Source: a virus
Lineage: Duplodnaviria > Heunggongvirae > Uroviricota > Caudoviricetes
Reading direction: 5' to 3' (one strand)
DNA length: 64,000 nucleotides
Virus record (IMG/VR): IMGVR_UViG_3300035678_000001
Below are positions 63,863 to 64,000 of this stretch, in pieces; positions within the stretch are counted from its first letter, which is position 1; each line of letters starts with the position of its first letter. Under the pieces are notes generated by a model. It saw only the letters and a program-made list of their open reading frames with translations. It was not told where the DNA came from and made no database searches. The position numbers and the translations under genes are program-made.

Positions 63863-64000
63863 GCGTTTCCTCCTGTGGGTGCTGCTGCGGGGTCTGCTGG
63901 CGGTGTGATGGACAGTGCTGCGGTCGTCACCATCTCGGTGACCAGACCGGCGACGTACGTCTCGCTGGGCATTGGCATCTCGTCGGTCGGGACGAACTGA
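63862..64000 (-). CDS. 3' end of an upstream gene (partial; C-terminus ...TPPADPAAAPTGGNA)
   Basis: The frame is open to the window edge on the minus strand. The stop overlaps the next start. Confidence 0.3.

Noticed and set aside
1-64000. CRISPR array, integrase/attP, reverse transcriptase (DGR) or a toxin-antitoxin pair.
   Set aside because: No regularly spaced direct repeats were seen. No tyrosine or serine recombinase motifs appear in any ORF. No RT motifs were found near the diversified paralogue array. The 23414..23718 palindromes were considered as attP but no recombinase is nearby.

Overview
This window is one contiguous ~64 kb piece of a large, high-GC (roughly two-thirds G+C by eye) actinobacteriophage-type genome. 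It is either virion DNA or a prophage, but no integrase, tRNA or CRISPR array was seen. Every credible gene is on the minus strand. Genes are packed tightly and often coupled by overlapping stop/start codons (ATGA, GTGA, TAGTG, TGATG). The long plus-strand ORFs in the six-frame track are antisense shadows of these genes. The terminase at 1..1582 runs off the window edge, so the track does not list it.

In the direction of transcription (64000 down to 1) the modules are:
- a tail baseplate and fibre module: a gp25/W-like wedge protein, baseplate J, a LamG-containing 1265-aa wedge/fibre protein, three fibre-like proteins sharing an N-terminal anchor, a 1172-aa lectin-plus-repeat protein, a C1q-like protein, and three tandem paralogues interleaved with two small prealbumin-like proteins;
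- a DNA-processing block: an SF2 helicase, a Spo11/TopoVI-A-like protein, a DUF2786-like protein, a DinG helicase and an SPFH protein;
- a lysis cassette: a CHAP endolysin, a membrane-anchored HNH nuclease, a holin-like protein and two mini membrane proteins;
- nucleotide metabolism and nucleoid genes: ThyX, a MazG-like protein, Lsr2, a 5'-3' exonuclease (FEN) and a secreted Rpf-like protein;
- a ~300-bp noncoding hub;
- the replication module: DnaC-like loader, DnaB, class II RNR, primase, a gp32-like SSB, DnaE and RecA;
- recombination nucleases: Cas4-like, Hjc-like and RuvC-like;
- a sigma-70 region-4-like regulator, a RyR-domain protein, and the large terminase (3' end truncated at position 1).

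There are two families of recurring noncoding motifs. A perfectly conserved 16-mer sits in the 5' leaders of four late (tail/lysis) genes. A second, palindrome-flanked motif occurs in five other intergenic regions.

The most novel-looking items are the Spo11/TopoVI-A-like protein, the tandem paralogue array, the 1172-aa lectin/repeat protein and the conserved late-gene leader motif.
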